The position numbers were made by a program, and so were the translations under genes. A DNA stretch of 64,000 nucleotides from NCBI GenBank assembly GCA_045541795.1, contig JAZQJV010000018.1, positions 118,236 to 182,235 on the forward strand, in the 5' to 3' direction. Of the stretch, positions 48,254 through 58,049 are shown piece after piece; within the stretch, counting starts at the first letter, position 1, and each line of letters starts with the position of its first letter. This DNA is from Patescibacteria group bacterium (GTDB taxonomy: Bacteria; Patescibacteriota; Microgenomatia; UBA1400; PJMF01). A model generated the notes under the pieces. The model was not told the DNA's origin, did no database searches, and saw nothing but the letters and a program-made list of their open reading frames with translations.

Positions 48254-50128
48254 TTATATCCACCGTTGCAGGTGTCCCACTATTGCGCTGGCGAGCTCGC
48301 TATCGAGTAATCCTCTCCGGGCAAAATCCAGACAGTATTCTCGCACTAAGTGATACTGCGATAGCTTGTAATAGCGATCCAGAAGTAAGCGTGCAAACTG
48401 CCAGCTCCAGCGTCTATCACGCATGAGTAATGTCCACTCATCTTCTTCATTCCAAGTCAAAAGTTGACTCTCACCGCTCGCTTCCCGATTATAACTAAAT
48501 GTCATGTTGACTCCTTCATTAATCCGCAGCGTCTCTTCATGATAAGTGGCTACCTCACCATGAGTATTGTAAGCAAAAAGACTAAAAGTCGCTCCCGGAT
48601 CGCCGCTCGAGAGTGCGAGTCGATATTTTTCATCCCTGGGCTTAGGTAGTAGATACTGATACCCCACCTGCTTGCCGGTGTCTTGATCATAAAAAGGTGC
48701 TTTGATACCACCAACTTCCACGCCGTTTGTATTATAGACACCGATTTCACTCTCGCCGATTACATTTACGATTAAGTAACTTTGGTCAGTAAATGATGGC
48801 ACAAAACGCCTTCGGGAAATAATTTTGCCAGCATATGTCTTTAAGCTTCGCTTGCCATAATAAGGATCATTGATTTGCGCCTCCAAATTATTTATCGCGA
48901 CACCGCTGCCTACTACAAAGTGCCCCGTTACTTCCTGGATGAATGGCTCATATTTGAGCAGTCCTATAGGCGCGCTTGCATAGAGAAAGTCACTTTTTTC
49001 AAAACGGTATTCAAATTTGGGGAAAGACATGTCCCAAGCTTGATAATAGTCATGTAGCCAATTTGACAGTCTCATGATTGCTGCCATATTGAGATAAGTT
49101 TTATTGACGTAACCATCTTTTTGCCCCTTAAGCCATTCATTTAAGTGTGGCACATCTAGTTGCTGACTATTAGGAAATTGCAAGTAACCGTACGAGTTGA
49201 GCAGCATTACGACACTGGTAAGTAAGCACCCATGACTGCCGATGGTGAGCGTATCTGAGTGACCCAACTTAATGTCGCGCCAGCGTTCATCTGTTTGGAA
49301 TAATTGAGGCACGTTTAAATTGAGCTGGTAATTATCTGGAGTGTAGGCTACCCAGTGTAAATTAAAGCTTGATGTATCGGGATGCGTCAGCATACTGCTG
49401 TCAATCAAAAAACTTGGGTGCGCAAGTGTTGGCTCTAAGTGCACCGTCTTTGACTCAATCACCTGACCGTGAGCGTAATACTCGCGGTGCGCCTCATCCG
49501 TAGGGTACATTTTAATCAGTCTGTTATCTGCAAACTCCTGGATCGTGACGATGAAATGTTCTCCTTCAGGCACGGCATACACAGTTAAGCGTTCATGACT
49601 GCTGACGGTTTCGAGTCCTTCGGCATCACGATTACCAGTCAGACAATAAAAAGCGGTATCCCGCCTGTCTTCGCCCAAATCTAGCCGACAACGCAAAAAA
49701 TCTACACTCCCGTCCTCATGAGTGCGCCAGTCGACCTCCCAGCGGTCGCCAAGCTGATAATCCGTCACAGAAAACTCAAACGTGAGCGCATACTCCACTG
49801 GCAAACCGATCGACTGACCATCGTAACCATGTATCTGCGATCGCGCCAAATCATTTTCACCAGGCCTTAGATGCAGTGTCCCGGTAGCCAAGGGATTGCG
49901 AGTTTTATCGGGCGGCTCTACCCAGACATCTCCAGTCTTACTCCAGTTAGTGTCACTTGCAAAAAAATCCAGCAAAAAAGCTCGTGGTGATTCCTGCGCT
50001 CCTGCGGACTGACTCGTGATCAGCAGCCAGACAAGTGCCGCCCACATTACTACTATATTTTGTATCATTTGTTTTAATTTGTTTTGCATATTGGCAAATA
50101 TACACACAATTCTTTCAAATTCTTTCAT
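48254..50128 (-). CDS. Secreted protein with a possible C39-like papain-fold peptidase domain
   Basis: Signal peptide. TIGSHGCLLTSVVMLLNSYGY resembles the Peptidase_C39_2 catalytic-Cys region. The call is tentative. Confidence 0.35.
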   Translation of the reverse strand: MKEFERIVCIFANMQNKLKQMIQNIVVMWAALVWLLITSQSAGAQESPRAFLLDFFASDTNWSKTGDVWVEPPDKTRNPLATGTLHLRPGENDLARSQIHGYDGQSIGLPVEYALTFEFSVTDYQLGDRWEVDWRTHEDGSVDFLRCRLDLGEDRRDTAFYCLTGNRDAEGLETVSSHERLTVYAVPEGEHFIVTIQEFADNRLIKMYPTDEAHREYYAHGQVIESKTVHLEPTLAHPSFLIDSSMLTHPDTSSFNLHWVAYTPDNYQLNLNVPQLFQTDERWRDIKLGHSDTLTIGSHGCLLTSVVMLLNSYGYLQFPNSQQLDVPHLNEWLKGQKDGYVNKTYLNMAAIMRLSNWLHDYYQAWDMSFPKFEYRFEKSDFLYASAPIGLLKYEPFIQEVTGHFVVGSGVAINNLEAQINDPYYGKRSLKTYAGKIISRRRFVPSFTDQSYLIVNVIGESEIGVYNTNGVEVGGIKAPFYDQDTGKQVGYQYLLPKPRDEKYRLALSSGDPGATFSLFAYNTHGEVATYHEETLRINEGVNMTFSYNREASGESQLLTWNEEDEWTLLMRDRRWSWQFARLLLDRYYKLSQYHLVREYCLDFARRGLLDSELASAIVGHLQRWI

Positions 50129-50280
50129 CTTTTTACCGCAAAATATGCGGTAATAACCAATTTACCTGCGTTCACCAGCAATATTCATCAGTCAAAATCT
50201 ATCATAATTTGCTACCACCACCTGCAAAAAATACCAATATAACAGCACATTTTTCTCTTATAATGACTAAAAGTGACGGC

Positions 50281-50314
50281 GGGAAAAATTTCGACCTTAG
50301 TCGAAATTTTTCCC
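50281..50314. promoter_or_regulatory. Perfect 15-bp inverted repeat (gggaaaaatttcgac, ctta, gtcgaaatttttccc) in a divergent intergenic region
   Basis: Read directly. It lies about 15 nt downstream of a TATAAT box (50259-50264) and about 55 nt upstream of the DUF360 gene, a position typical of an operator. Confidence 0.5.
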
Positions 50315-50370
50315 CAAACCCCTCACTAAATTGCCCCGCCAACTTCAAGAATTTGTGCTATAATAACCTC

Positions 50371-50781
50371 ATGATTACAAAATTCATTCGCAATTATATA
50401 ATTATTGTCCTGGCTTTATTTGTCACTGACTGGCTGATGAATAACATCTCTTTCGGCTATCCCACCGGCAAAAATTTTTCATTTGCTGTTTTTTGGGACG
50501 GCTTGCCCGTGCTTTTGGTCACCGCACTCGTGCTCACATTACTTTCATTGATCGCCAAGCCTATTCTCAAAATTCTTTCTGCGCCCATTAATTTTGTCAC
50601 TCTCGGCCTATTTAATGTCGTTATTGATGTCCTGATTTTTTGGCTGACGGCATATTTGGTGTCTGGCTTTAGCATTGGTGAGCTCTCACTCGGGCAGATT
50701 CACCTCGGCGCCTTCTTTTCGTATGCCGCAGTTTCTCTCGTTTTTGGCTTTTTACAGGGGCTTTTGGCTTTGATTTTGTGA
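50371..50781 (+). CDS. DUF360-type (phage holin family IV-like) small membrane protein
   Basis: Four hydrophobic helices; ...PILKILSAPINFVTLGLFNVVIDVLIFWL resembles DUF360. The likely start is MITKF at 50371, 7 nt after TGcTATAAT; the track start at 50035 is an upstream extension. Confidence 0.45.
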   Translation: MITKFIRNYIIIVLALFVTDWLMNNISFGYPTGKNFSFAVFWDGLPVLLVTALVLTLLSLIAKPILKILSAPINFVTLGLFNVVIDVLIFWLTAYLVSGFSIGELSLGQIHLGAFFSYAAVSLVFGFLQGLLALIL

Positions 50782-50846
50782 CATTGCCCATTTTGTACCT
50801 TTAAGATAGGGTTGATTTTTGTGGCGGCTTAGATTACAATGAAACT

Positions 50847-52145
50847 ATGGCAATACTTACAGCACAAAATAATAGCGTTACAATTAGTAGCTTGATTGCA
50901 AGGGAAATTCTTGACTCGCGTGGCATTCCCACCATCGAATGCTCCCTTACCCTCTCGAACGGAGTGATGGTCGTCACCAGCGTCTCTACTGCCAATCTGA
51001 CCGGCAATGTGGGCTATCATGAACTTCGTGATCATGATCCCAATCGCATGCTCGGCATGGGCGTCACCAAAGCTGTAGACATCATCAATACTCAAATTGC
51101 CGGACGGCTAATCGGCAAAAATCCTATTGACCAAGAAAGCATTGATGCTCTGCTCATTAGTCTTGATTCCTCCAAAAGTCTCGAAAACATCGGCGCTAAT
51201 ACAACTATGGTCGTTTCTCAAGCAGTGCTCAAAGCTGCGGCTTTATCCTACGGCTGGCCGCCATACTATTATATTTTCAAACGTTACGCTCTTTCGAGCG
51301 TGCTGGCTGTGCCTACCTGTATTTACGGCCTGATTGATGGCGGAAAACACGGCACTGATAATCTTGATTTCCAAGAATTTCAAGTCATCCCCGCCAATCA
51401 TCTCAATTTCCAGCGTTCACTGGAAATTGCTGTTTCTCTTTTTAAAGCACTAGGCGATCTGCTCAAATCCAAAGGTGCCATCCGCTCAGTCGGGCCAAAT
51501 GGCGGTTATACGCCAAATTTGTACAAAAACACTGATGCCTTCGATTTGATGTCTGAAGCCGCCCGTCAAATCAGTCTCATTATCGGCCGTGATATTTTCT
51601 TTGGTGCGGATTTCAACGCCGATAGCTTTTATTCTGCTGGCCGCTACAAGATCAAAGACAAAACCGAAGCCTTTAGCGCGAAACAATGGATGGATTATCT
51701 CAAAGATCTCAATAAACTTTACGCTCTGTACTCATTCGAGGATCCATTTGCCAGTGCAGATTTGGGCTCTTGGCGTGAATTTACCAATGAATTTGACAAA
51801 GCCGCACGCATTGTCTCGGATTCCATGACTCGCACTGATGCCAAGCTGACTGCGGGCGCCATCAAAGAGCGTATCGGCAACACTCTTATCGTCAAGACGG
51901 GTCAAGTGCCCACGATCACTGATCTGATCGAGGCCGTCAAAACCGCTCGTCAGGCCAACTGGCAGATCGTCGTCTCTAATCGCGAAGGTGAAACTATGGA
52001 TGACTTTATCGCTGATTTGGGCGTAGGTTTGGGTGCAGAATTTGTCAAATTTGGCCCGCCTAATCGTGGTGAGCGCATTATCAAGTACAACCGCTTGCTC
52101 CAGATCAATAACGAATTGCAGATGATCAATCAGGCAAGTAAATAG
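50847..52145 (+). CDS. eno: Enolase
   Basis: ILDSRGIPTIE N-terminus and enolase length and motifs. Confidence 0.85.
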   Translation: MAILTAQNNSVTISSLIAREILDSRGIPTIECSLTLSNGVMVVTSVSTANLTGNVGYHELRDHDPNRMLGMGVTKAVDIINTQIAGRLIGKNPIDQESIDALLISLDSSKSLENIGANTTMVVSQAVLKAAALSYGWPPYYYIFKRYALSSVLAVPTCIYGLIDGGKHGTDNLDFQEFQVIPANHLNFQRSLEIAVSLFKALGDLLKSKGAIRSVGPNGGYTPNLYKNTDAFDLMSEAARQISLIIGRDIFFGADFNADSFYSAGRYKIKDKTEAFSAKQWMDYLKDLNKLYALYSFEDPFASADLGSWREFTNEFDKAARIVSDSMTRTDAKLTAGAIKERIGNTLIVKTGQVPTITDLIEAVKTARQANWQIVVSNREGETMDDFIADLGVGLGAEFVKFGPPNRGERIIKYNRLLQINNELQMINQASK

Positions 52146-52147
52146 TT

Positions 52148-53842
52148 ATGCTCAAAGTTAACAAACACATCATCCAGCCAATGCTCTCCGGTAAAGATTT
52201 TACTGATGAGTTTCCGCGTAAACCGTACGGTCGCCCGCCCACTGTCCTCCTGATTCTTGATGGCTGGGGGATTGGCCCCAATAATGCCGGTAATGCAATT
52301 TCTTTGGGCAAAACACCCAACATGGATCTTTTTTGGTTATCATTTCCGCATACCCAACTAGCAGCTTCTGGTGAGGCCGTCGGCTTGCCTAAAGGTGAAG
52401 ACGGTAATAGTGAGACTGGGCACGTCAATATCGGTGCTGGCAATATCGTGTATCAGGATTTACCGCGGGTTAATATGTCGATTAATGATGGCAGTTTCCA
52501 GCGTAATACCGCTTTCCTAGGCGCTTTTGAGCACGTCAAAAAAAATAATTCTGCTCTCCACATTATGGGATTAGCCGGCAGCGGCGGAGTGCATGCCAAC
52601 CTCCAACACATGCTTACCTTAATCGAAATGGCGGCCGCTCACAATGTCCCACACGTGTACTTACATCTTTTTACTGACGGCCGTGATTCACCGCCCTATC
52701 AATCACCAGATATTATCCAGACTGTGCTCAATAAATGCCAGCAGGTAGGTAAAGGTGAAATTGTCTCGGTGATGGGTCGTTTTTACGCTATGGATCGTGA
52801 TTTACGCTGGGATCGGGTAGAAGCTGCATATGACTGCCTTACCTCTGGCATCGGCGAAAAGGCCAACGATCCTTTTGCCGCTATCAATCTCGAACATCAA
52901 AAAGGCAATACTGATGAGTTCGTCACTCCTACCAATATTCTTGACAGCGAGGGTAAGCTCATTACCATCACTGACAACGACGCCGTCATTTTCACCAATT
53001 ACCGTATTGACCGGCCGCGCGAACTCACACGTGCTTTTGTGTTGCAAGAATTTGGTGAGCAGACAGTGAGTTTTGATCCTTATGCTGAAAAGTACGAAAA
53101 AACCAATCTTCACCAAAACCAGGTCTCCGTCGCCTTCCCTCGCAAACGCTATCTGCAAAATCTGTATTTCGTCACGATGACGCGTTATGAGGATAACTTG
53201 CCAGTGGTAGAAGCATTTCCGCCTCAGCCCGTCAAAATGCCTATTGGTCGCATTTTTGCAGAAAACGGTCTCAAGCAATTACGCGTGAGTGAGACGGAAA
53301 AAGAACGTTTTGTCACTTACTACATGAATGGCCAGAAAGAATTCATTTACCCGGGTGAAGATCGCGTAATCCTGCCCTCCAAAGGTGAGCGATCTTATGA
53401 TCTCGTGCCAGAAATGAGCGCTTTTGAAATCACTGATGAAGTTTGCAGTCGTGTCACTCAGTCAGATTACGATGTGATCGTCATTAATATTGCTAATGGC
53501 GACATGGTCGGGCATACCGGCAATCTTCAAGCCGGCATTAAGGCCTGTGAATACGTGGATGAGTGCGTCGGGCGCATTGCCAAAGCAGTTTACCAAAAAG
53601 GCGGCAATCTCATCATCACTGCCGATCACGGCAACGTGGAAGAAATGATTGACATGAACACTGGCAACATGGATACCGAGCACTCCACTTTCCCAGTGCC
53701 TTTCATCGTGATCTCGCCGCAATTTTTTAATCAATCTCGCACCCTGCCCTCCGGCGTATTGGCCGATATTGCTCCCACTATGCTAGCGCTTATGGGCATT
53801 CCTCAACCCGTCTCTATGACCGGTCGCAATCTGCTGCAATAA
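52148..53842 (+). CDS. gpmI: 2,3-bisphosphoglycerate-independent phosphoglycerate mutase
   Basis: iPGM architecture (LILDGWG...; ITADHGN). Confidence 0.85.
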   Translation: MLKVNKHIIQPMLSGKDFTDEFPRKPYGRPPTVLLILDGWGIGPNNAGNAISLGKTPNMDLFWLSFPHTQLAASGEAVGLPKGEDGNSETGHVNIGAGNIVYQDLPRVNMSINDGSFQRNTAFLGAFEHVKKNNSALHIMGLAGSGGVHANLQHMLTLIEMAAAHNVPHVYLHLFTDGRDSPPYQSPDIIQTVLNKCQQVGKGEIVSVMGRFYAMDRDLRWDRVEAAYDCLTSGIGEKANDPFAAINLEHQKGNTDEFVTPTNILDSEGKLITITDNDAVIFTNYRIDRPRELTRAFVLQEFGEQTVSFDPYAEKYEKTNLHQNQVSVAFPRKRYLQNLYFVTMTRYEDNLPVVEAFPPQPVKMPIGRIFAENGLKQLRVSETEKERFVTYYMNGQKEFIYPGEDRVILPSKGERSYDLVPEMSAFEITDEVCSRVTQSDYDVIVINIANGDMVGHTGNLQAGIKACEYVDECVGRIAKAVYQKGGNLIITADHGNVEEMIDMNTGNMDTEHSTFPVPFIVISPQFFNQSRTLPSGVLADIAPTMLALMGIPQPVSMTGRNLLQ

Positions 53843-53916
53843 GTCCAGTGACTACAGCTGAGAAGGTTTCCGGTCACAAGCCACTGCTTACGACTGCATG
53901 ATCGTAATATCAGTGC

Positions 53917-55734
53917 TTATATTTTTTTGAGTAAAGCCACGCCTTCTATATTATCCAGCCGAAATTCCCCAGTGTCATTGTCACGCTCGCCGTGCCAGTG
54001 ACTGAGCAAAACGTGCGCCTCCCAGCCGTCGAGATTTACTTTCCAGCTGGCGCCCGCACCATCTTGGAAATGTTCCAGGCCGTGCGGCTTGAGCTTTGTA
54101 AGCACCGCGCCAAAGTTTTCGCTGTCGCCGCAACCGTAAACGTACTGACTACTTTCAGCATTTGTAAGCTCACACTGCGTATTCAACTCGGCCACCAGCG
54201 GCGTCACGTCCAAAGTTAACTGCGCACTCGGACTGGCCAAAAGTAATACACCCACCTTGTCGTCTAGCGGAGTTTCACTTTCACTCCAGCGCCACGTCCA
54301 CGTCTCACCATTCCAATTTACACTTTGCATTTCATTATTGACACTCACGAGCAGATCATAATCACTCACATCTGGGTAAAACCGCAACAGCGATGTCAAA
54401 TTGCCGTAAAAGTGGACCACTTGCGCCGCCGGCTTATCATTATCTTCGCGCGTCGGGCCAGTATAATAATGCCGGTGCGGATAAAGCTCGGCCAACCACG
54501 CGTCCGCATGCAGACTTTTTTGCGACCATGCTACCACGACGGGACTAAGTAAGCATATACTCAAGGCGATCAAAGCGGTGCTCAGTAAAATGCCTATAGT
54601 CTGGCGCCGCCACCACAAATACAAAGTTGTTAAGACCCAGATTACTCCTGCTACCACCAAAAACCGCGGCTGTGTCCAGCCAAAAGCACTTATCCGAGTC
54701 CCAATCCCCCAAATCACTAAAGCCATTAATGGCACTAAGCTTACAGCCAAAATTTTGGCAAAAGTATCAGCCAAGCTTTTGCTATTTTTGCGCATGCAAT
54801 CGGTCAATATCAGCCATAGACCAGCGCCAATAGCAAACCACAACGCTAGATGTGTCATCCCGTACTCCGGCCATTGCCGGATCAGAGCCTGCTTGATTAA
54901 GTATACATATAAAATCACGTCATACAAAGCCAAAAGCGGCCCGGCCAAATAAATCCCGCAAATCCGCCAAAATTTATTCACGCGCCAGGACTCTAAATCA
55001 AAATCTTTCTCCGGCCACACCAAAAGCAGTGCTAAGCTCGGCCAGATCAACTCGCATCCTGTCAGCCACATGAGTGTCCAGTCCCATACGTGCTTCACGT
55101 CAAATAATACTTCCAAAAGGCCCAAAGCCAAAAGCACACCGATAAAAACGATGCTGCCAAAAACATACGCCAACGCTGCCTGATGTATAAAATACAGCCC
55201 TAGTTTGCCTAGCAGGCGTGGCTTTTTTACAGCCAACAACAAGTGATACCAGGCAGCGCACGCGAGCATTATCAACATACATATCCCGCCTGTCACTACG
55301 ATTCCTTCCCACCAATCCATGAGGTCTGCCGGCGGGTTTAAATCGCGCAAGTATCTAAGCAGTCCACCGCTGGCACGCTCCAAGATTAGTCCGCCCGTTA
55401 GCGCTAGTGTCGTTACCAAGCACGCCGGTGGGATTCTTCCCAAAAACTTCGGCAAACGGCAATTATCCTGTTGCAAGTAAGTCCTCGCAGTCAAGGCCAA
55501 AAGCCAGCTCCAAGTTAAAAAGTTCAACCAGATTACCAATGTCTCCACGGCGGGTTCTACCCACTCTGGCTGCGGATAATTTAAGACCTCGGTCAAATAA
55601 ACAATCGCCAAAATCACACCACTCCAAGCCGCCCACAGCATCACGGTCTCTGGCATCCGCCGGAAAAGTCGCAGCCAAGCCTGCCGCACGCGAGCGGAAA
55701 AATCATGAATAAAACCAGCAACTCTATTTGTCAT
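53917..55734 (-). CDS. Polytopic membrane protein with a C-terminal extracytoplasmic domain; function unknown
   Basis: At least 12 TM helices. It is the last gene of the minus-strand surface-glycan operon. Confidence 0.4.
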   Translation of the reverse strand: MTNRVAGFIHDFSARVRQAWLRLFRRMPETVMLWAAWSGVILAIVYLTEVLNYPQPEWVEPAVETLVIWLNFLTWSWLLALTARTYLQQDNCRLPKFLGRIPPACLVTTLALTGGLILERASGGLLRYLRDLNPPADLMDWWEGIVVTGGICMLIMLACAAWYHLLLAVKKPRLLGKLGLYFIHQAALAYVFGSIVFIGVLLALGLLEVLFDVKHVWDWTLMWLTGCELIWPSLALLLVWPEKDFDLESWRVNKFWRICGIYLAGPLLALYDVILYVYLIKQALIRQWPEYGMTHLALWFAIGAGLWLILTDCMRKNSKSLADTFAKILAVSLVPLMALVIWGIGTRISAFGWTQPRFLVVAGVIWVLTTLYLWWRRQTIGILLSTALIALSICLLSPVVVAWSQKSLHADAWLAELYPHRHYYTGPTREDNDKPAAQVVHFYGNLTSLLRFYPDVSDYDLLVSVNNEMQSVNWNGETWTWRWSESETPLDDKVGVLLLASPSAQLTLDVTPLVAELNTQCELTNAESSQYVYGCGDSENFGAVLTKLKPHGLEHFQDGAGASWKVNLDGWEAHVLLSHWHGERDNDTGEFRLDNIEGVALLKKI

Positions 55735-56981
55735 CAGTTAATTATATCACTTATCACTGCCTTTGTGCTGCCCGATACCGGCGAGTTTTTACTTTTCGTC
55801 ATTTGGGCCACCAAGCAGACATTCATCAATACAAGCAGTCCCTCTCCGCCTACCATTGCCCACACGCCGCCCGAGATCCCCAAGCGCGGCACTAGCAAAT
55901 AATTAAGGCACAAATTAAAAACCGTCGAGCCTAACAAAAACGGTACGTAACGGGCGACCCCGTCACTGCTTTGCAGCACGGTATTTAGTGGAGCGTTAAA
56001 AAAGAACAAAATCACCACCACGCCAAACAGCCGCAAAATCTTGGCCGCTGGAGCGTATGCCTCACCCAAAAGTCCCGTCGTCAAAAAATTGGCGCCCAGC
56101 GCCATTCCTCCCGCCACCACAAAGCCCAGCCCACACATCACTGCGACCATTTTCGCAATTTGCAGCCTAGAAAGTCCTCCTTTTTTTGCCGCCAGCGGGA
56201 AAAGATTATGGAAAAGCGCCTGCGGGAGCAAGTTAAACGCATCCAAATATCGGTACGCCGCCGAATAAATTCCCAGACTGCTACTCGCCAAAAACCGGTT
56301 GATGATCAGCTGATCCGCCCGCGAGTAAATTACGCCCAAACTGTCAATTGCCGCATACGGCCAACTAGACCACCAGTTGATCCGTCCACTCTGCTTGTAA
56401 TGCTTGAGGCTGCGCCAACAAACCGTCACGGGGAAGTACCACGGTATCATGATCAGCCACGTCAGTAAATAAGCCAGATAAAACTTCCCGCTATCATCCG
56501 GTGTGCGGATAAAAAACAAACTCCCAAAAAGCAGCACGTTGCGGACAATCAGCTTGACACCCAGCATAAAACTGCGCTCATGACTCAAGTAATAAGCATC
56601 CGCCACCGTCACCAAGGCTTCAATTGCCAGACTGCCCAAAAAAAACGGCCAGACGCCAGCTTGCAGCCAGCCAAAATGCTGCTCAGCCACCATAAAAATC
56701 ACCGCCGAGCAGACCAGCAGCAGTCCCCGCCAAGCGGTCAGCCGCCCCAATAGTCCCGGCGTTTTGGCGAGGGCTGTTTGTTTGAGGTACCAGTTTTTGA
56801 CGCCCAAGTCCCCAATCGTCGTCACCAGCTGGATGAGCGTCACAAAAAGCATGATTTGTCCAAATTTTTCCGGCAAGACTGCCCGCGCAATGATCATAAA
56901 ATACACCGCCGAAAGCAGCTTGCCGCCCACCAAAAGTCCAAAATAAATGAGTGATTTTCCCAGTAGTCGGCGCAACATCAA
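55734..56981 (-). CDS. Oligosaccharide/polysaccharide flippase (Wzx-like, MOP superfamily)
   Basis: About 12 TM helices with Wzx-like topology and context. Confidence 0.55.
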   Translation of the reverse strand: MMLRRLLGKSLIYFGLLVGGKLLSAVYFMIIARAVLPEKFGQIMLFVTLIQLVTTIGDLGVKNWYLKQTALAKTPGLLGRLTAWRGLLLVCSAVIFMVAEQHFGWLQAGVWPFFLGSLAIEALVTVADAYYLSHERSFMLGVKLIVRNVLLFGSLFFIRTPDDSGKFYLAYLLTWLIMIPWYFPVTVCWRSLKHYKQSGRINWWSSWPYAAIDSLGVIYSRADQLIINRFLASSSLGIYSAAYRYLDAFNLLPQALFHNLFPLAAKKGGLSRLQIAKMVAVMCGLGFVVAGGMALGANFLTTGLLGEAYAPAAKILRLFGVVVILFFFNAPLNTVLQSSDGVARYVPFLLGSTVFNLCLNYLLVPRLGISGGVWAMVGGEGLLVLMNVCLVAQMTKSKNSPVSGSTKAVISDIIN

Positions 56982-57904
56982 GCCCTCCGGTACTCAGCCC
57001 ACAAATCCTCAGGATACACGCCGTCGGCGATCAGCTGCTTGATCGCACCCACCGTAGTCTGCTTATCGGCCGCATACGTCACGCCAAACCAGCGCTCATG
57101 AGTCGGTAACATCTGCATCTGCGCGATCCCAGCCTGGATCAAATCATTGACCACATTGGGAGTAAAAAATTCTCGGCTTTCATCGTGGCCGTACTGGGTC
57201 AAAAACGCCAGCAGCCCTTCATCTAAGTAGCTAAAAATATCCGGTGTAAAAGCGAAAAGTATCATGGATACCGGCCGATCAGGCGCGATCTCATGATCGA
57301 CGCCTTGCTTGTCTCGGCTCACGATTTTCCCGTCACACCAGCCGATCTTGGTGTGCTCGTGGATAGACGTCACCAGGCCCGCCTCATTGGTTTTTAGCAA
57401 TCCGCGCGCCACCCAACCGTTGGCAGAAAGCGTCTTGCTGATCTGGTAGCCGACGACTCCATATCGCTTGCGGCTATCCGCCGGTAAGCTGTCTATCCAC
57501 TCGGCCGCTTGGAGGAAAGCCCCCCGGCCGTAAAAATCGTCAGCGCTGATCACCGCAAACGGTTCCTGGATCGTTTTTCTGGCCGTCCAGACGGCATGAC
57601 CAGTACCCCAGGGCTTAGTCCGTCCCGGCGGAGCGCTAAAGCCCTCCGGCAAATCTGTCATTTCTTGATTTAAATATATAAGTTCTGCCTGCGCCTGTGC
57701 CCCAGTAGCGGCAAAATGCGCCTGAAAATCAGCGGCAAATTCCTGGCGGATCACAAACACCACGCGCTCAAATCCCGCCTGAAGCGCATCATACACCGAA
57801 TAATCTATCAGGTACTGTCCGCCCGGCCCCACACAGTCAATTTGCTTGAGCCCGCCATAGCGCGAACCCATCCCTGCTGCCATGATCAAAAGCGTTTTGC
57901 GCAT
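56978..57904 (-). CDS. Sugar-phosphate nucleotidyltransferase
   Basis: MRKTLLIMAAGMGSRYGGLKQ is the NTP_transferase G-x-G-x-R loop. The likely start is at 57904; the track ORF extends to 58093. Confidence 0.6.
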   Translation of the reverse strand: MRKTLLIMAAGMGSRYGGLKQIDCVGPGGQYLIDYSVYDALQAGFERVVFVIRQEFAADFQAHFAATGAQAQAELIYLNQEMTDLPEGFSAPPGRTKPWGTGHAVWTARKTIQEPFAVISADDFYGRGAFLQAAEWIDSLPADSRKRYGVVGYQISKTLSANGWVARGLLKTNEAGLVTSIHEHTKIGWCDGKIVSRDKQGVDHEIAPDRPVSMILFAFTPDIFSYLDEGLLAFLTQYGHDESREFFTPNVVNDLIQAGIAQMQMLPTHERWFGVTYAADKQTTVGAIKQLIADGVYPEDLWAEYRRA

Positions 57905-57959
57905 ATGCGTTATTATACCATACAAAAAGCTGTCTGCATCGGTAAAATTCACCCAGGCA

Positions 57960-58000
57960 AAAATTGCCTCTTGACAAATGACCCATAATGTGATATAATA
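57960..58000 (+). promoter_or_regulatory. Consensus sigma70 promoter, copy 1 (aaaattgcctcttgacaaatgacccataatgtgatataata)
   Basis: TTGACA, 17 nt, then tgaTATAAT. It matches 61687-61727 at 38 of 40 positions. It sits on the plus strand inside the minus-strand operon and is followed by a 31-codon K-rich ORF (MIEKRIKKNNYY...). Confidence 0.55.
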
Positions 58001-58049
58001 TAAGATATTATGATAGAAAAAAGAATAAAGAAAAATAATTATTATAGGT

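Noticed and set aside
50035-50370. Long N-terminal extension of the DUF360 ORF that overlaps the convergent 48254-50128 gene
   Set aside because: The extension overlaps another gene's start region and a promoter plus palindrome. An internal ATG at 50371 lies directly after a TGcTATAAT box and precedes the first TM helix.
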